Notes under the pieces: model-generated
What the model saw: only the letters and a program-made list of their open reading frames with translations
Told to the model about the DNA's origin: nothing
Databases searched by the model: none
Source: Octopus sinensis
Taxonomy: Eukaryota
DNA: 64,000 nucleotides
NCBI RefSeq assembly: GCF_006345805.1
Contig: NC_043007.1
Location: 12,028,001 to 12,092,000, forward strand
Direction of reading: 5' to 3'
Program-made: the position numbers and the translations under genes
Shown: positions 60,509 through 64,000 of the stretch, piece after piece
Position numbering within the stretch: the stretch's first letter is position 1
Layout of the letters: every line of letters begins with the position of its first letter

Positions 60509-61812
60509 AATAAAATACTTCCAGATTGGTAGAATGTTAAAGGAAATACCTTGTAGTCATGTGATATATCTTTAAGCTCTGTACATTCTAAGTTCAAATA
60601 CTACCTACTGACACCATAACATAAAGCCCCTAGGGTAACAGATGGTGATCACGGTTAATGACAGCAGACCAGCTGACAAGAAGGAACACAAAGGGACCGG
60701 CAGGTTTGCTCGCCACTGCTTGGACAAATTTTCATGTCTCTGATAGCTATTGTTTTTAATAAAGCTAGTCCGTGAAAGATGGATGGCTTTTTTAATTAAA
60801 TACAGCCTCAATTGCATACACTAGATTTTTAATCAGCTTGGAAGCTATTTGCAAAATCAGTGAATGTTTTATTTACTTTTTTCCTATATCAGAGATGATG
60901 AATTCTTGTCTGAGCACAGGACTAGATGCAAGCACACGACACACTGAAAAGACTCAAAACAGCTGAAATGCTGTTGAGGCTGATGCTGGGATGAATTTTT
61001 GTCTGATATTTATTGTTATTTTAACACAGCAAGTCCACGAGAGGTATATCAGGATAAATACTCCAGTAACTAGTCTATTGATTGTGGGTATACATTAAGT
61101 ATGATACATAGATGGCTTTTTTAATCAAATACTGCCCCAGTTGCACATACCAGACATATTTTTATATATACATGTGTGTGTATTTGTATATGTTTATAAA
61201 TGTATGTATATGTATGTGTATATGTATGTATATATATATATATATATAGGAAAGTTAGAGATTGTGAATCCAACCCACTAAGGGATAATATCTATCCAAT
61301 ATACTGTTGGTAGAATACCCAATTATTAATACACAAGTGCTTTTTTATTGCATTGCAATTACATTACCGAGTGTATTAAATGGGTGAAGGTAAAGAGATA
61401 TTTTACCATTAATTTATATAGCAATAAGAAAATGGAGGGGATCAATAGGTGGTTCATCAAACAATTGATGCCTTTTATTAATGAGGTAATGGTTGACAAT
61501 AGAATTGTTTTAATACATTGATGTATCTCTTTTGTTTCGAACAGATACAAGATACTGAAACAGTTGTACTGTTACATACACACACACACACCCACATATA
61601 TATATATATGTACATTATATGTGTGCGTTTATATATATACATATATATGTACATTATATGTGTGCGTTTATATATATACATATATATGCACATTATTTAA
61701 TCATTGTTATATGTTTTATCTTATATTTAATCTTTCTATAAGATGTAATTTTTCTAAATGTTATAATTTAATTTTTCATTATTGAATTGATAAAAGGTGT
61801 TTTTTTTTTCTA

Positions 61813-61861
<49 letters not shown>

Positions 61862-61874
61862 ATGTATATATATA

Positions 61875-61967
<93 letters not shown>

Positions 61968-62319
61968 GTATATATATGTGTATATATATATATATATATA
62001 TGCATATACATGTGTGTATATATGTATATTTATCTATGCATATCATTTTTATCTTGCCTTTCCACTTTTCTTTTCTTCTTTCTCTTTCTTTTTTTTATCC
62101 CTGACTGTTCTGAAGCATCATGTTTTAAATAAAAATTGAAATAAAAATTGCTTGGGACATTTGAAGCTATTTCTATCTTTACTTTTTGCTGGCTAAAATT
62201 CACACAGGAGAAACAAACCAAGCACTACTACCATAGTTGGGCTAAAGGCTTTATTCTGTTAGTTAATATCTAATGTACCAGTATATTTCTTGTTGATTGT
62301 ATGTAGTCTTAACATTTAG

Positions 62320-62415
62320 GTATTGAGTACCTACCACCTCTGATGGTGGCTATGTGGTGTAAACCTGCAGATCATTGCAGGATTGTGTCGCCTATCTATG
62401 AAAAAGAGATGACAG
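62320..62415 (+). CDS. Candidate 96-nt phase 1-1 exon (IEYLPPLMVAMWCKPADHCRIVSPIYEKEMT)
   Basis: ATTTAG acceptor (weak pyrimidine tract), CAG|GTATGT donor; only the phase-1 frame is open. Confidence 0.25.
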
Positions 62416-63239
62416 GTATGTATTAAATCTAACGAACTGCTGTTCACACTGCAAATGGGGATTACGGAATGGATTTGGAAAAGCTCAAGAGACATTTATC
62501 AACAACAACAACAAAAAAAGTGGCAGTTTGGTTAAACATTTCATTTTTAATAATTTATGTGAAATATTGTCTTGCATTTTATTAATTAGGTCTCTTCAGT
62601 TTTTTTTCTTCTTTTTTTTATATAATACTCAGTTTAAAGAGATATTGATTGATTGTGTTAATTTAGACTGGACTGAGGTATTTATTAATTAATAAGAAAC
62701 TACAATTAAATAAAACAAAATCACTGCTTTAAATCATTAATTAATTAATATATGCAGCAGGCAGCAACATCATGGTTCAGAAGAATATTTTGTCTTTGAG
62801 ATCACTGCCACCAGGGCCTCTAAGAGAAATTGGGTTGGCAAGGGGGGAGCAAAAGAGCTTTCGGGGGCCCCAAATTCACGGGTGGGTAGAATTATCAAAA
62901 AGAATTTTTTTAGGGTACTTGGTGCCTGACAGATTGTCTTGAAGCCGTTTCTTATGCTCTTTTGGTCCCAGACTAAAGTACCAGCTGATCTCCTCACCTT
63001 TTCTTACAGGCCCTGATTGGCCATAGGTCATTTAAAGTGTAATAAACTTTTTACAGAAGGTTGGCCACTAAAAAAATTAATGAAGAAAACTTGATGGGCC
63101 ACCAGATATACATTTAATTTTAGTCATATTATGCAATGAAACAGCAGGACATAAAATTCACTGTGGGCCACCAAAATTTGGGTATGGACAGATTGCAGTC
63201 CACGTGAACCATGATGTGCATCACCGAGTAATTGTTGCT

Positions 63240-64000
63240 AACATATGCACAAGGGCCTGGAATTTGGAGGTTGCAGTTAGTTGATTAAAATGATTCCAGT
63301 ATATGACTGGTACTTTATTTTGTGAAACCCAGGTAAAGTTAACCTGAGCAAGATTTGAACTCAGAAGGTAAAGAGCCGAAACACACGCTGCATGGTATTT
63401 TGTTTGACACTAACATTCTTCCAATCCACAGCCCTCACTGGGTTAATCATATCATCTGTAAGAAACAACTAGAAATGGTAACAATTGCATGAAAGTCCAT
63501 GAAAAATAAAGGAACAAACTAAAACTTTGGCTGACTCCAAATAGTTTTGGAGGTAAGATCTTTTACTGTTTCAAATAAAATTTATCACTTTATGAAGACA
63601 ATTTACTTCGAAATATTGATTGAAATTTTCATTAGAAATAAAAAATAAAAATTAACTTATAAGAATGCATTGTTCACATAATTGTTTCAAACATATAGAC
63701 ACAAGGCTTGGAATTTAGGGGGAGGATAATAATTGATTATAAGAATCCCAGTAATGGACTGGTGCTTTATTTTATTGGCCCCCGGTGGGATGAAAACAAA
63801 GTTGACCTCAGTATAATGAGCTGGAAAAAATACCTATTTCTTTACTACCCACAAGGGGCTAAACACAGAAGGGACAAACAAAGAGAGACAAACGGATTAA
63901 GTCGATTATATCGACCCCAGTGCGTAACTGGTACTTATTTAATCGACCCCGAAAGGATGAAAGGCAGAGTCGACCTCGGCGGACTTTGAACTCAAAACGT
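63240..64000 (-). mobile_element. SINE family C copies; the last runs off the window
   Basis: AAATACCTATTTCTTTACTACCCACAAGGGG...CGACCCCGAAAGGATGAAAGGC. Confidence 0.8.

Noticed and set aside
60886-61000. Strong acceptor followed by short frames
   Set aside because: All frames stop within 25 codons, with no donor or homology support.

Overview
AT-rich metazoan genomic DNA that is non-coding and dense in repeats. The repeat families and the (TA)n/(CA)n/(TAGA)n/(GAT)n microsatellites look like an octopus (coleoid cephalopod) genome; this is an inference from recognising the repeats, not a database result. No intact multi-exon gene could be assembled, and most ORFs in the track are microsatellite read-throughs or transposon relics. 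Content: three tRNA-derived SINE families plus chimeras, RTE and CR1/L2 LINE 3' ends, four non-autonomous Helitrons, a decayed DD37D (maT) mariner, a Tigger/pogo relic, mariner/piggyBac-type MITEs, and Penelope-like element (PLE) relics with GIY-YIG coding remnants. The strongest hidden signal is five structurally different type I hammerhead ribozyme (HHR) motifs. Two have intact catalytic cores and sit in long palindromes (25012-25430; 40732-41100). One sits in a PLE 3' end reading GIY-YIG ORF, then a tRNA-like Pol III cassette, then an HHR (31497-31985). Also notable: a convergent pair of paralogous 46-nt exon-like segments, tandem 184-bp SINE arrays, an apparent SINE-flank transduction, SINE tail swapping between CR1 and RTE partners, and a CpG-rich modular repeat island (42165-43420).
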